A DNA stretch of 64,000 nt, taken from NCBI GenBank assembly GCA_002633005.1, contig NMRA01000007.1:124001-188000 (forward strand), read 5' to 3'. The notes beneath the pieces are model-generated. The model was not told the origin of the DNA. It saw only the letters and a list, made by a program, of their open reading frames with translations, and did no database searches. Source of the stretch: Phoronis australis. Taxonomy: Eukaryota > Animalia > Phoronida. How positions within the stretch are numbered: position 1 is the stretch's first letter; every line of letters begins with the position of its first letter. This document shows, one piece after another, positions 37,801 to 52,000 of the stretch. The translations under genes and the position numbers were made by a program.

Positions 37801-40800
37801 GGGTGACTTGAAGCTGCAGAGGCCAAAGAAAATTACCTTCATTGATTCTAGTGTCTACTGGGTTCATCTGAGGTGCATGGCCCCAGCAGAATTGTTTGGA
37901 GAAATAACATTAAAATCATCGTCTGGGAAATAGAATGGGTTATGTGGTATTCAGTTCAAGAGATTGTCTTGTAAATTTCGCATTTAGTTTTACCGGTTGT
38001 CAATCACGCTTCAAACTTGGGCATCACATTTACCATTTTGCAGGCTACTCAACTTGTGGTTTAGCAAATGTTTGCTTTTCACATAATCGGGCCATATTAT
38101 CTTACCACATTCCATATGTTTGATATTCAATAAATATTCCAGATAACCCGAAGCAGTATAAGGACATATTTTAAAATCTCACCAATTCAGGAGACTGGCT
38201 AAGTCAAAGAAAACAGCATGATTGGTTCTGGTTTGTTGTTACTTTGGGAATTGATGGGTGATGTGATACCTTTTGTAGTTGCTCATGTTTTTAAAAAGAA
38301 AAAGCCACATGATGCCATCTAAAATGATTCGGGCTCTTTCTTTTTTCTCTAAGCTGTGAGGCACAAATTTCAATATGAGCCGGGCGCAGACGAGAACCAG
38401 TTACACTGGTTTTGGCGTTATTAATGGACAACAAGCGAAATTTCATTTTTTAAGAAATTTTCCGTTCTAGGTAAGAGATTAGAAGAGTAGCAGATTGGTG
38501 CATCACCATTTTCAAGTTCTGTACCATTGCTATTGTCTTAGAACATTTGCAGTGGACGGATTTTGCTAATTCTCAGTAGTACTAGAAACCTTTTAATATA
38601 CGTTGCTGTTTGTTGTGCATGAAAAGTTGCTGTTCGGTGTGCCTGATAGAACAGTTAAGTGTGTGGTGGTGGTTAGTAATGGATAAAACAGAGTGGCCAG
38701 TGTTTATTCTAGGTAAGCAATATACAGGAAGAAGCCTGTTCATGTCAGAACGCCTGTCAAAAGGTGGTTACTGATGGCAGTGAAGTGAGAAAATGAAGTG
38801 ATAACAAAGAAAATTTATGTTGCAGAATATGCCCAAAGTATACTAATAATTCAACAGTGCTGAGGACCTTTATTTGAAGATTACTAAATATTTAACTCTG
38901 TGCCTTTTCTTTGTTGTCCTGTTGCCATGACTTCTTACAACAATCTATTTTAGCACTGGTCTTTGTAGTTGATTGTTTCCTTGTCCTTATAAAATATCTG
39001 AGTTCTAAACAAAACCTCACTGGTAATGGAAACTGCCTTCACAAAACCCAGTCACAAGTCTTCTTCAGACCTGTGATGTGCCTATAATCTCTGCTGAGGT
39101 GTTCTGAAAATATCCAAAGTAGCCTGGGTTTGACAGGTCATCCCTGGCATTGTTAATGGTCTGTGCCAGAGGAAGGAGCAAGGGAGCTTACATCAGAGAG
39201 TGCATTCCATGAGCACCAGTAGTTCATTGTGATCCATCCATCCATCTCTCCATAGACTTTGGGGGGAGGTCAGTTGATAGCCCTGGTCAGTGATTGGCAA
39301 CACCACTGGTGAGATACTGTAACACTGAAAACCTTTTAACTTTGCTCATCAATTATTACATGGTTCGTTAGTTGCAGTAATTCTATCTTAGCCTGACTTT
39401 GCTATCTACAGCATTCTATGGAGTCGCAGATTTAAGTGAGTGCTTGAAACCATGGACTTGTCTTGTAGAGGGCCTTGGTGAAACTTTCTCCGCAAATTTT
39501 TAGTCAAAATATTGAACATCAGATGGACAAAACTTTTAGCCTGTGCTTTTGAAAACAGATATTTTGCTCATTTTTTGTAAATGCTTTGTAGTGCTTTATG
39601 TGATAGTACTTTAGACAGGGTTATTGAATTGACACCCAGCATACACACAAGTGGATTGTATGTGACTTTGGGACTGTTATTCATATTTGATTATTCACCG
39701 AAGTTTGAATGGATGTTTATGATGTCAGTGAGAATTCATCTCCAGCAAGAGATGAGGTGGAATGTGGTTATTCACCTCCATTACTTGTATGGCATCTTTT
39801 GTGCATTGAGAACCATACCCCTATGTCGGAAAGGTAAATAGGTGTGTTATTATTGTGAGAAAGGGTATTTTAAGGTTAGTCAACATAACCTGAGTTGAGT
39901 TCAGTGCCGGAAGGTTGACTCTCTTGAAATGAAACACATTGTAGGGCTAGCATTCAGCCATTACATTAGGTCAAGTCAGCAGTTGAAGTGTTGAAAGGTA
40001 TAGTGCTTGGCAGGTGAAACTGTGGAATGTAAAGATGTTTGGAGAAGTTTTTAAATATGTGCATGCAAAATATATTCACTGTCCTTCGCTGTGTTCTAAT
40101 CTGCATGACGGAGTATACAGTAGTTGCATGGTTTGCCTATTTTCGGTAAATAGCTCGAAAAAAGTAAATTTTCAGTTTTCTGGCTTAAACTTAAACAAAG
40201 TTAATTTTCGAACATGTCAATTTTCTATTTTCAAAAGCTTAATTTGTGTTACCAGTAACAAAATTCACGGATTTTTCATAAATTTTCCTATTTATTTTTT
40301 TTTTTTTTTTAATTTAACAAGACAAAATTTTACTGTCATGCCTCGTTGGTTGCATTCAAAAGTGTGACACATGCTTCTCTTTATCACTTCTTCCTTATGG
40401 TTACTTGAATTAATTACAAAATATGACTGAGACGCCTGCTGTTGCTTCTGCTGTTTGCCAGGGAAGCAGGTTACATCACTGAAATATTTTGATTTTGATT
40501 GTGTTTCCTGGTATAGCATTTCACTTTCCTTGTGTGAACCTAACAGTGTTGACTTTTCAGCCCTTTCTTATCCAAGCTATAGGTGCTATACAACAGTTGA
40601 TACTGGGTTAATTTCAGTAAGGCTTAGTGTTTTGCTTTGATAACTTGAACAATGCCTTATTGCTTGATTACAAACTTTGGAATACCCTAATAAATATTTA
40701 TTACTTCGCAAATTCTCCTGTTTGGGACAATGTCTAAAATTTGGGACAGTGAAATTTAACCCAAAGTTTGATATCCTGGATTCTGTTTATTGGAAGACTG

Positions 40801-43800
40801 GGTGATTTTGGTGTTTGTCATATTTTTCAAACATGGGAAACTTAGTTTCGCATCAACAAAATATGAAAGTAGACTCATAAAATTGTATGCAATAGTCGCC
40901 GATGCAATGTTTTCATGCGTCTCCAGGGTTTGGTCATTGATCGTAAGTTAGTAGAAGCTCCGACCTTAAAGGAATGAGCTATACCAGTTACATCTCATTG
41001 CTTAAGCAAAATAATTAATTCTTTGCTGTTCAAAACTAGAGAATATATACTGGAATCACTGAACAGTCTTTGTGTTTCACATAATGTAATTGCGGTTTGT
41101 GGTCTGGCATAATGTTCTAATATATTAACCTTTAAATTCACATTGATCTTTATAATTCTTCATAAGGGGTTGCATGCAGAATGCAGTTGTGACATTAGCT
41201 GACTAAACAACAATTAATTGCCATGTAAATATTGCAGCTTTACTCCGCCTTTGGCTTTGTGTTTAGTTTGATTAGCTACATATCTTTGAACACTGAAGTT
41301 TTGAAGGAATCACTTGAGTGTAAGTTTGATGGTAAATGTACCAAAGGTTCATCTTAATGTCTCTGTAAACATGCGTAGTGCCCAGGTCTGCATGAACCGA
41401 TGAAGTGATGTTCAGATTTTGTTTTTTCGTTTTGTAATGTGAAGCGAACCCCACTTGATTAAGTTCAGCCTTTTAGTTTCTCCTTCAAATCTTTATAAAG
41501 TGGCAAATAGTAGGAAAATATTTTACAAAACTTTGAATTTTATTTATTGTCATTCTATATGTTTTATCAGTTTGGCATCTTCCAAGATTCAACATAATAA
41601 GCGATATAGAAACATGATATTCAGCACAAGTTGACATTGGTTTGATGATTTACCCAAGCTTTGGGAAGTTATGCAACTCAAGCCCTGTCAGCTTTTTCCA
41701 TTGAAAATGCTCTTTTAGTTTTAAATAGAAGGGATATTAATTGAGGAGTTATGGTTCCTTCCTCTCTTCCATGTGATATGGGTGCCACCAGATATCTAAA
41801 ATCTAGGCTAACGCAATATCTAAGCAACCAGGAACTGTGTTTTTCTCTACAATAGAAAATTCAACATGTATGCAAATTACATAATTTATGAACACGTTTC
41901 TAAGTTCCTGCTTGTGGCTTGAGAGATTTGTGTGTAAGGGCTTGGAATTAGTACAATGGTGCTAATCATCTAAAATAATTTGCTAAAAGCTAATCTCCTA
42001 TATGAGTTCAGACTTGTATTGTTTGTCCATGCAGGTGAGCCAAACTCCTCAAGGCAAAATCCAGTCTCATTATTTTAACAAATGATAAGTTATCCTGCAG
42101 AACAGTACTGTTTATGGAGAATATATTCCCTGAGACAGTGCCAAATGATGCAAAATCCTTCCCAAGATAATACTACTTCCTCTGTCTCACTAACTCTGGT
42201 GTTAAAGTGAAGTGCTCTTGTGCCCTGGTTTGTCACTATTGTAATAAAAATGAATCATCATTGATTAGTATAATATTATGACCACTTACTCTTTGTTTGA
42301 ATTTAACATATTGCTTCATGAATATTCATGTTCATATTGCTCCCCTGGGGTTCGTTAATTGCAACACATTTAGTACAAACGCCTTTTCTTTCCTCAGTTG
42401 TCTTCAGCCACTTGGTGTGGTCATATGACATGTGATAATGCTACTTTCTTCTACAATTGGTAACTGGCATTTCCAAATAGCTTTCTATAACTTTGTGTTG
42501 ATATGCTTGTTAATGAATCCATTAGCGTTTTTTCTTTTCTTTCTGTGCATTATTGCACTATCCTGATAGATTCTGAGGGTAGGTATTTGATCAGCTATCA
42601 TGTAATACTATGTGCATGCTATCTTACCACTATTAGTGAAACAAAAACACAGGTTAGGTGAACCACAGAAACCACAATGTTGGCTTTGTTCTGTTGGTGG
42701 TGAATAAACTCTTTTGATTCATAAAATGTTACAAGCATTGAACTATAGGAGGTTGATGGCTTTTCAGACAAACCACTCACTGTCCAGAATCTCTTGTAGT
42801 AAGATCTGTGGTAAATGATATCTCAAGTTGATAGTATTGTATATTTTGTTTGTAACTGGCTGTTTAATCAACTGATTAATGAATGTTGCTTTAGAACTTT
42901 AAATAGTTTCTGTGTTATGTGCAGGTCTCCTGATTGTTAATCAGGAGTTCGGTTAACCCTAATTCCGTTTTTCAAAAAGACCACAACAATAGAATGTTAC
43001 TTTGTAACAGTCACTGATCTGGCTTCTGAGCAAAAATTCAAACACGGTGTGGTGTACGTAAGTTGCATCTAGTATTTTCTCATCCTAATGTTGCTTTCTG
43101 CTCATTAACAAAAACTAAAATAGTTACGCGTTATTTTCATTTGCTGAGCATGTTGCAACTATTTTCGCAGCAACAGAATAAAAAATGAGTACACCTATCC
43201 TGTAATCGTTGATCTCAGTGTAAAACAGTCAAATTTCAGGCTCTTCAAGCAGGGCTCAAAAATTTAAAGATGGTTCAGACCATTGCAAACCTTGTGAAAC
43301 ACCGTGGTGAAACACATATAGAGAAGAAACTGCTGGTGATTCTTGTTATTATCTCTAGCCAAACAGACATTTTATTATAATATATGCAGTAATAATTTCT
43401 TAAAAGAATTCTGTTAATCTCCTTTCGTGTCAGAACTGGTGTAGACATATGTTTCACCTTGCTGTCTAGTAGTACCAGGGTGGGAAAAGTATCTCTCGGC
43501 AGGACTCATAAGTATTCACAGGTAAGTTCAATGCCCCTCTCCAGATTATCAAAAATATGGGAACGGCATTCCGTTTCAGGGCTATCGAATTTGTGCTTTT
43601 ATCACTGTGGGAGACAGTGGATCCATCAGTAGTTGATCCAAACTCAGAGGACCAAGCAAAGATGTTTCAGTTCCAAAGTTGAAGTGTAGCAGATTCTCCT
43701 CTGTTTTAAGGGTCCTATGCTGACCAATGGTTGGTTTCTCTCTCCTTGTGCTTCTTCTTCAGCTGGTATCTATGGTCATCAATATAGCTAATCAACCACT

Positions 43801-46044
43801 AATTAAACTCTGGCCTCAATACTTGCTGCATGTAATCCAGTACAGCTCAAAGTGCTGATTGGTTATTAGGAAGTGTCTGGACTGTTTTTATTGTACCATC
43901 AGCAGTGAGGCGCACAGAAATACTACCCCAACTGGTTTGAATTGCCTGGAGTCTCTCTGCCATCAGACCTCTCTGTGATAGGCAAGGTGGGTCCAGGAGT
44001 CCGGCAGCTGGCTGCGGTATACACCATTGCTCTGGTAGATACCACTAGTTGGGCTTGTCTGGAAGTTTGAAACAAAATCGTAGGTTTGCCTAATGTATGA
44101 GCTTCGTTCATGGTGGTTTGTTTAAATTTAGAAATGCAAAATTTGCTATGAATTTAACCTAGGCGATGAATGGTTGTATTTCAAAGATTTGTTCTATAAT
44201 TCTGTTGTTTTTTTTTTGTGAATAGTTTCCACAGTATAAATAGTGAAAAGTATGTTTTCTTATTTAATTGTGTAGTTAAGTTATTTAGTTCTATCTTGTA
44301 AAAATCATTCTTCAAAGACTGGACGTTTATTGCACTTTTGTACATTGTCTAAACAGTCTGAGACACCTTCTTGTGTTTAAAACCAGGTCCTATAATAGAA
44401 AACATATGTGACCCAAGACTTGGTCAATTTGTCTGTTGGCAGCTAGAGCTAAATGCTTTCTCCATTTATTTGTCATATTGATCACCAACACAGGAAGTAG
44501 TCCTGTCATTAATAGAGACATTCAAGCTTTTTTTATCCCTTGACATATGGCAGACCAGCTTCAATTAGTGGCACGTGTGAGACTGGAGGTTGGTAGGATG
44601 TGTGGCCCATTACAGTGATAGGGGAGGTCCTCCCCTGTTGGTCTCAAGTCTTCTGTCTCTGTCACTGGTAGTGTCTGGACTAGAGCTCTTGTAGTGAGAA
44701 TTGAGTGCCTGTAGGGTTGTGTGTGGTGATCAGGGAAAGGCCACAAAGTTTCAGTTTTGTGGTTTTATTTCATGTATTTAACAGTTGTCAGTTATTTCTT
44801 GTCCTAATGGGTTTTTTAAAAGACTCCTTTGCAGTTTGTGAAATTGTGTTCCAAATAGCTTTAAAAATGAGTATTGGTGACCTTACCGTTCAAGTTAAAC
44901 AAATTCCAACAAAATAAAAAGTAATTACCACCGATAATTACAGTAAAAATTCATCCGTTTAGGACAAAAACAATTGCTAAAAATGTCAGATTATTTTTCT
45001 ATTTTTCAGAGCCTTGCCACATAGTTACAAATGCTCAAAGTTTTACCAACTATTGTTTAGTAATGGCTACGGTTTACAAACCATGCTAAAAGCAAAGTAA
45101 ATGTTCCTGAAATGTTATTTTTGGAGAAATTTGGCAAAAGGAAATTTCAGCTGTCCGCCACATTGAATCCCAAGCTGAAGATTTTTTATTGTATGTCAGA
45201 AAGTAATATACTGGTATCTTAACTCATCAAGGAGAACAGTCAACCAACTTCAATAGTAACAGTGCTATTCAGAGTAAACCATTGGGCTGAAGATGAGAAA
45301 ACATTCCCTTGAAATGTTTTAAACAAAAAGGTTTTGTGTTGTTTTCCACCGTGAAAAGTGTCCTCAGGCAATCAGTAGATATAACTGCCTTTTATTTCAG
45401 TATGGGAAATACTCAACTCTGTGTTTGTGTGTGTCGCTGGGGAAATTAGTCTGCTAGTAAGAATGATTGAGAACTTAAAAAGACAAAGCATTTATTTGGT
45501 GCTTCTTCTCTTTGATGAAGAAACTGAAAAAAATCATGTTGTGTCCTAAATTGGTGAGATTTTACTGTACCATTTCTGTGACAGATGAGCTCCTGTGATT
45601 CTTCAGTTTCATGATTAAGGTAGAAAACTGACTTGGTAACCCTTTATGAAAATCAAACGTTATGTTACTCTGGTATGAATAAATGTATGAAAACTTTCTT
45701 ATCGTTTGAATATAGAACTTTCAGATAATGAAGAATTCAAGCCAAACATCTGTGGAGGTCGTAGCAAAAATGACCCTCTTGCGATTTCTCACCCCAAAAT
45801 GATTCCTTTTCCCTTGATATTTTATCAGGCAAAAGGCAACCTTTCAAATGGCGTGAGACTGCCCTTCTGATAATGACATTGCCTGTATACCACCAATGTA
45901 TATATGATGGTCAGATGTCAGTATTTCCTTATGGAAAATATTACTTCGGGTGACTCAAAGTCTCCTTTTCAGTTTCATATTAATTCAGGAATACTGATGT
46001 TGACTAATACCCTGGTGTATAATCTATTACAGGTAACAAAGACC

Positions 46045-46068
46045 ATGGTTATTCCCAATACACTCTGA
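46045..46068 (+). promoter_or_regulatory. Upstream ORF (MVIPNTL*) in frame with the DAAM start
   Basis: gaccATGG (strong Kozak context) at 46045, inside the exon starting at 46033; TGA at 46066-46068, 18 nt before the main ATG at 46087. Confidence 0.6.
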
Positions 46069-46086
46069 CCGACCGCTGCCATCAGT

Positions 46087-49000
46087 ATGCCACCGCGCAA
46101 GTCTGCATGGTTTTGTGGCTGCTTCGGCGGCCGGACTCCAGAGATCAAGTACGGCGATGCGACAGAGAATGGGATGATGATGATGATTCACCCGGTGCAA
46201 GTAGACATGCCTATACCCGAGGACGAGGGTGAGCTCAACGCCATGTTCACGGAACTTGTGGTAAGTGTCCATTGAATATATATTTTCCTGTTATAAGTAG
46301 TATGAACACAGCCCCTGAAATCGCTTTCGCATTATATCCAGGTTCTCATTCACTCCATTGCATACATTCACTAGTAAGACCGAGCTCAGCAGAGTAGGAG
46401 ACACCTTTGTGCAATGCTCGATTGTCTGCCAGTGAACCTGGGATTCAAACTTGGCCAAACTGTCTTCTTGTTTACAAAGTGTGCACTGTCAATTCATGGT
46501 TTCTTTTGGAAAATATAGATCATGTACGTGTTCTTAGGCATAAGAACTTCGTGAAAAAAGCAAGATCATGCAAAATCACATAAGCGAAAGCGGAGTGTTT
46601 CGCAAGTATGGTACGGACCTTAATAGCAAAATGTCAGCCCTTGGTGTGATTGGTCAGTGAGGTTGAATTTTTGAATTATGTGGTAAAATTTGCCGTGTTT
46701 TGTGAGTGTCTCGAGTCTATGGAACACATCTTCAGTGAGAGTGTGCTGATGAAGATGGCTAGCTAACAAGACAGGAATTGTTTCACTTCCAATATTTTGC
46801 CATAGAAATCTATGAATAGACAACACTCATAATTTCATTGGGTCTTGCTCAAGGACAGCTGTACAATACAAACAGTTATGATAATGAACTAAAGGTTTCT
46901 TCCGATGCTTAAAGAATAATGTTATGAGTTTAATGACTGATGCCCTAGCTTTAATAGCTAGGGGAGTCCTGTGCGTGCATGCGTGCGTGCGTGTGATCTG
47001 CCTCCCTATGTGGGTGACCAACCTCTTGCTGTCCTTCAGATGTCCTGGGGCCACCTGCTCGCCACCCGTTTGATTAAATACTTGTGAAATGTACTGTATT
47101 TATTTTTCTTGAACAATTTGATGGAACAGCACTCCACTGCTTTGTCTTATTCTACTCTAAATGAAGAAGCGTTTCCATAAGTAAACATGTACTGGCTTCA
47201 ATATAACTTGGACAGCCATTCTAAAGATGGTAGCTACATCAAACAAGAAGTCAATAAACTTAAGATATCACTCTCCGACTATTACGCTGATGTTGTTCCT
47301 TTGATTTTGAAAGCTTAATTTGGTTATTGTACGGAAATGTGAGAGAGACAGTCATTTATTTTATTAGGATGTATCGTTTTCTACACTGATGGAGAAAGTC
47401 TGTGATCCTACGGAACAACACAATCTTCCGTTGGTGATTTTTATTACAATTAAGGAAATATTGAATACTGCTTTTGTGTGTACGTGACCAGAAATCGTGC
47501 GTGTTATTTTTTGATGAATTACCGCTAACATGTTGATGAAAAATCAAGGGCCTGCATTTGTAGTCAACCAAAGCATTTCTATTATGGTACCACATCTGCC
47601 TTTAAAATAACATTACAGAACCAGTTCTCCCCTCATTTACAAGTCTGTCTGTTAATGAAAACAAATTAACGAGCTCAGACAAGGCCTCATGACATCGGTC
47701 AATATCCTTTAATGATCAAAAATGCAATGGTCTAGTGGACAAAACCAGCAACAACAACAGTCTGGCTGTGAAAAGATCGTTTGAGCTTTACTACTGGCCT
47801 ATTCTTAGCTCACTGCACCCAAGGGGGCACCAGTGCTTTGGTCACAGAGTTTGCTTTTAATGTTGTGTAGAACCTTGTCAATCAGACTATTATTAATTGT
47901 GTCACGTGATCAAGTCTTTTTTAACAGAATTTAGCATAAAAAGAAATGTACTTTGTAGCAAAGCAACAGTATCAATATCTTGGCCGAATTTCATTTGATA
48001 TAAGTGTTCAACCAGTCATACTTCACTAGAGCCATATTTCACCAGTATTCAAATGTGTGTGATTGTATTTACAGGATGAGTTGGACCTCGACCGACCTCA
48101 CAGAGAAGCAATGTTTAGCCTCCCGCCAGAGAAAAAATGGCAGATTTATTGTAGCAAGAAAAGGGTGAGTGGATCATCCACCTGAACGTTTTGCTTGATC
48201 ATGTATTGTCAGATACACTAATGTATCCCATGTATTGGAAGATACAAAATTGTAACATGTGTCTTGTGAGATACAATAATGTTAGGTTTCTTGTCAGATA
48301 CAATAATGTATCACATGTCTTGTCAGATACAATAATGTTAGGATTCTTGTCAGGTACAATAATGTATCACATGTCTTGTCAGATACAATAATGTTAGGAT
48401 TCTTGTCAGGTACAATAATGTATCACATGTCTTGTCAGATACAATAATGTGACACATTTGTCAGCAACTTCAATAATATAGCCGGCTTGTCAGATACACT
48501 AGTGAAACATGTCTTGTCAGATACCATAAATATAGATTATTACTTGGCGAAGTCATTATCCCCCATATTCTAGAGCCCGAGTGGATTTTGAAGAATTATT
48601 GCCCGAGGGGCATGAGCCCCGAGGGTGATAATTCTCCAAAATCCACGAGGGTTCTAGATAAGGGGATAACGACTGAGAACATGTAATAATCTATTTATAC
48701 CACATACTGAACGAGAAGCAGTGCAATGAATCGATTTACCTTTCTCGACTCGCCTCGGCTTTGTAACTACTTTCTATATCAGAGGCCCGGGGTCGGAGGT
48801 CGTGACCTTTTAAGAAAAGCCGAGCTATTTTTGTCTAATAATGATTTTACTCAAAATCAATTGAAAATTTAAACAAAATAGAAATAAAGTGAATCTACAA
48901 ATTAAGGTTTAGCAGCTATTATAGCTTACTACACATTTTATCATGCTAAGCTTCGACCGGGAAAATATTGTCTGCTAAAGTAGGTTATCACTGGTAACTG

Positions 49001-52000
49001 AGTATAATACTCAAGTCAAAGGATTCTGACAACACGATACCCGCATTTAAATTGGAGATCGGTGACTTAAAAGTGAAAGAACATGAGAGAAAAATTTCAC
49101 TGAATTAAAATTTCATTTTTATGGAAATTATGTGCCTTTATTTTCATAGCGTATAAATGTCGGTACAGTGCCGTTTGTTGAGCATGCGATTGTTGCGCGT
49201 GCTCATTTAAGTATTCTATTTTCACGGTCGATGACGTCAGCCGCTGAGTGGTGCAGTGGTAAAGTCGACAACCTGAAACTCTTGCGGCCCAGGTTCGAAA
49301 CCGGCCTCAGTTCCCGCCAAAATGTAATCTCACTAGTGAGACAACTAATTTAAAATGGGTTATTACAGGGTTTTATTGGCCATTCGAGGCTAATATTGTG
49401 GTATAAATTAATGTAACACATTTCTTGTTAGATGCAATAATGTAACACATGTCTTGTCAGATACAGTAATCTTACACTTGTCTTGTCAGATACATTAATA
49501 TAACACATGTCTTGTCAAATACAATAATGTAACACATGTCTTGTCGGGTACAATAATGTGACACGTTTGTGGTTGATTTTTACATTGCACACCAGTTATG
49601 TGTTCTAAAGAAATTCCACATCACTTTTGCTTCTTGTCTTGTTATGTAAAAACTGCATGCGCTGTCTTTACAGGAACAAGATGACCCTAATTCCACCAGT
49701 TGGCCTGATTATTACATTGAAAGAGTGAACACAATGTCTTCTGTGAGTTATTTTATCATTCCAGTCTTTTTATACAATATGATAAAACATTTAGTCTAAA
49801 TTTGTGTTGGAATACTTTATAACAAACCAACAGGTTCTTGCTTGAAGTAGTTATGTAAATGGCTTGGTAGAAAGTTATATATTGGGCTTCTGTAAATCTA
49901 CCTTCTCCGTGAATGACTGGCAATAAACTTGGACCTAAGTCCTCAATAAAGTAAAACATGAGGCAAGTGCTCATGACCATATGTTTTCTCCGCAATAGGT
50001 ACAAGTTGAATCTTACCACAAAATACACAAAATATGCTTTGTTTCCGCTCGCCCTGTGCTCATTCCTTTAATATTAGTAGCTGGACAGTAAACTATTTTA
50101 TTTTTTCCACTTTTTTGCCAGAGTGCATTAGGAAATGCTTTGAGTGGTGTGTGTATTTTACGATCACTAACATGACAAAAAACAATATTCATTTTAAATT
50201 GTGGATTACATAATTATTTTGTTTTTTTTACTTAAACCAACTCTAGGTTTTCTTTGCCTATGATGAAGAAGATGTTGCAGCTAGACAGAAGCTAGTTGAT
50301 GGTTTGAAGACAGCCCTCCGCACACAGCCTATGAGGTAATAGAAGTCATTTCTAACGCAAAATTTTAAATGGGTATTCATTCATTTTCTTCTTCCAGGAT
50401 TACCTAAAAGGGAAATAATTCGGCTAGCAAATTAATTGTTTACTTTTTTAGAACTAGAACCTACTGCATTGGAAATTAAGCATATTATTATATTATCTAT
50501 GTACATTCTCAACTTAATTTGAGTGGAATAAACCCTCTTCGGTGCTTGTCTTTTGTTTTCTGGTTTGTAAATATGAAAATTACTATGAAATTGAATTAAA
50601 AATGCTTTGTTTCTTAGGTTTGTAACTCGGTTTATCGAGCTGAATGGGCTGCAGTGTTTGATAGACTTCCTCCGCGGCATGGATTATGAGACGCAACAAA
50701 GTACAATACACACGTCCATACTGGGCTGTCTGAAAGCACTTATGAATAACTCGGTATGTAAACTACATGCGTGCTTCATCAAAGTAATTAAGAATTAACT
50801 CGGACATTGTAAAATCTATTTTATTTCAGACACAAATTATTTCCAAAATTGCTGACATTGGTGTGAATGCTCAGAATAATCATTATTTTAAATATTATTT
50901 GATGGTATGGATAACAGCGCTGAACTTGACAATGGTCATCCATTATTTTGGTTTAACTTGCTTTTATAAAAATGAGAAAATTTTAAGTAACCCCCCAATA
51001 TTGTGACCTAAATTATGAGATTTTTATGTATTTCTAAGTCGACCAACATACATTTTGAGTACTTGGAAAAAAGTCTTGGCCGCGTCAAAGTTTTTGAATT
51101 GAAGGTGGCTGCCGTCCTAATTAAAGTTGATATAGTGAATGTTAATAAACATTTATTAAGTCATCGATGTATTAACTACGCCATGTCTTTGGGTGTCACG
51201 TTTTTTGGCATATTACACCATGTGAAGACTTTCTTATTAACTTTCAAAATTTAGAGCTTTAAAAGAAATTTGAATCAAATAAATGTCAGTGCCACTTGTG
51301 CACTGTGATGTATGACCCGTTTTGTCTTATGATACAGGAAATAATGAATAGCTCATCTTTCCTTGTGAATTGCTTCAAACTGAACCATGTTGATCTCCCT
51401 AACATCATTGCAGCAAGGCCGAGCCCACGTCCTGGCCCATCCAACAGCCGTCAACATCATAGCCCAGAGCCTGAGTACAGAGAATATAAAAACCAAGATA
51501 ACCGTTCTCGAAATCCTCGGAGCCATGTGTCTCGTCCCCGGTGGTCACAAGAGGGTGCTAGAAGCCATGTTTCATTACCAGAAGTACGCATGTGAACGGT
51601 GTAGGTTTCAGGTGAGTGTTCAAGAGGTTGTCATGTGAATGAGGTTGGTTTCATGTGATACAAATGTGATGGGATGTTAGCAACGGTACATTTATTGTTA
51701 TGCTTATTTAGTTGTTCATTTATTCTCATGTTAATGTTTTTGTTGCGTCTCAGTGCGCCTTTGTTACGTGGACATGCGGGCCTGACAGTATGTGTCGGGC
51801 ACTTCGCTAGCGACAGGCTTTGGAGAAGGGTGTTTCCATCCTTTGCTTATATGAAATTGAGCGTTTTCATGTGTAACTGAATTGAAACGTATGCCTGATG
51901 AGGTGAAATACACATTTTTGATGTTCACTGGAGACTTGCTCTGATACACAAACATGATCTTGGACAAGTCTGGAATCTGGTTCATACATAGACTTGTGAC

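Noticed and set aside
49243-49312. Functional tRNA-Phe gene
   Set aside because: The D and anticodon stems pair poorly, the sequence is far from canonical tRNA-Phe, and it lies within a repeat; I kept it only as tRNA-like.
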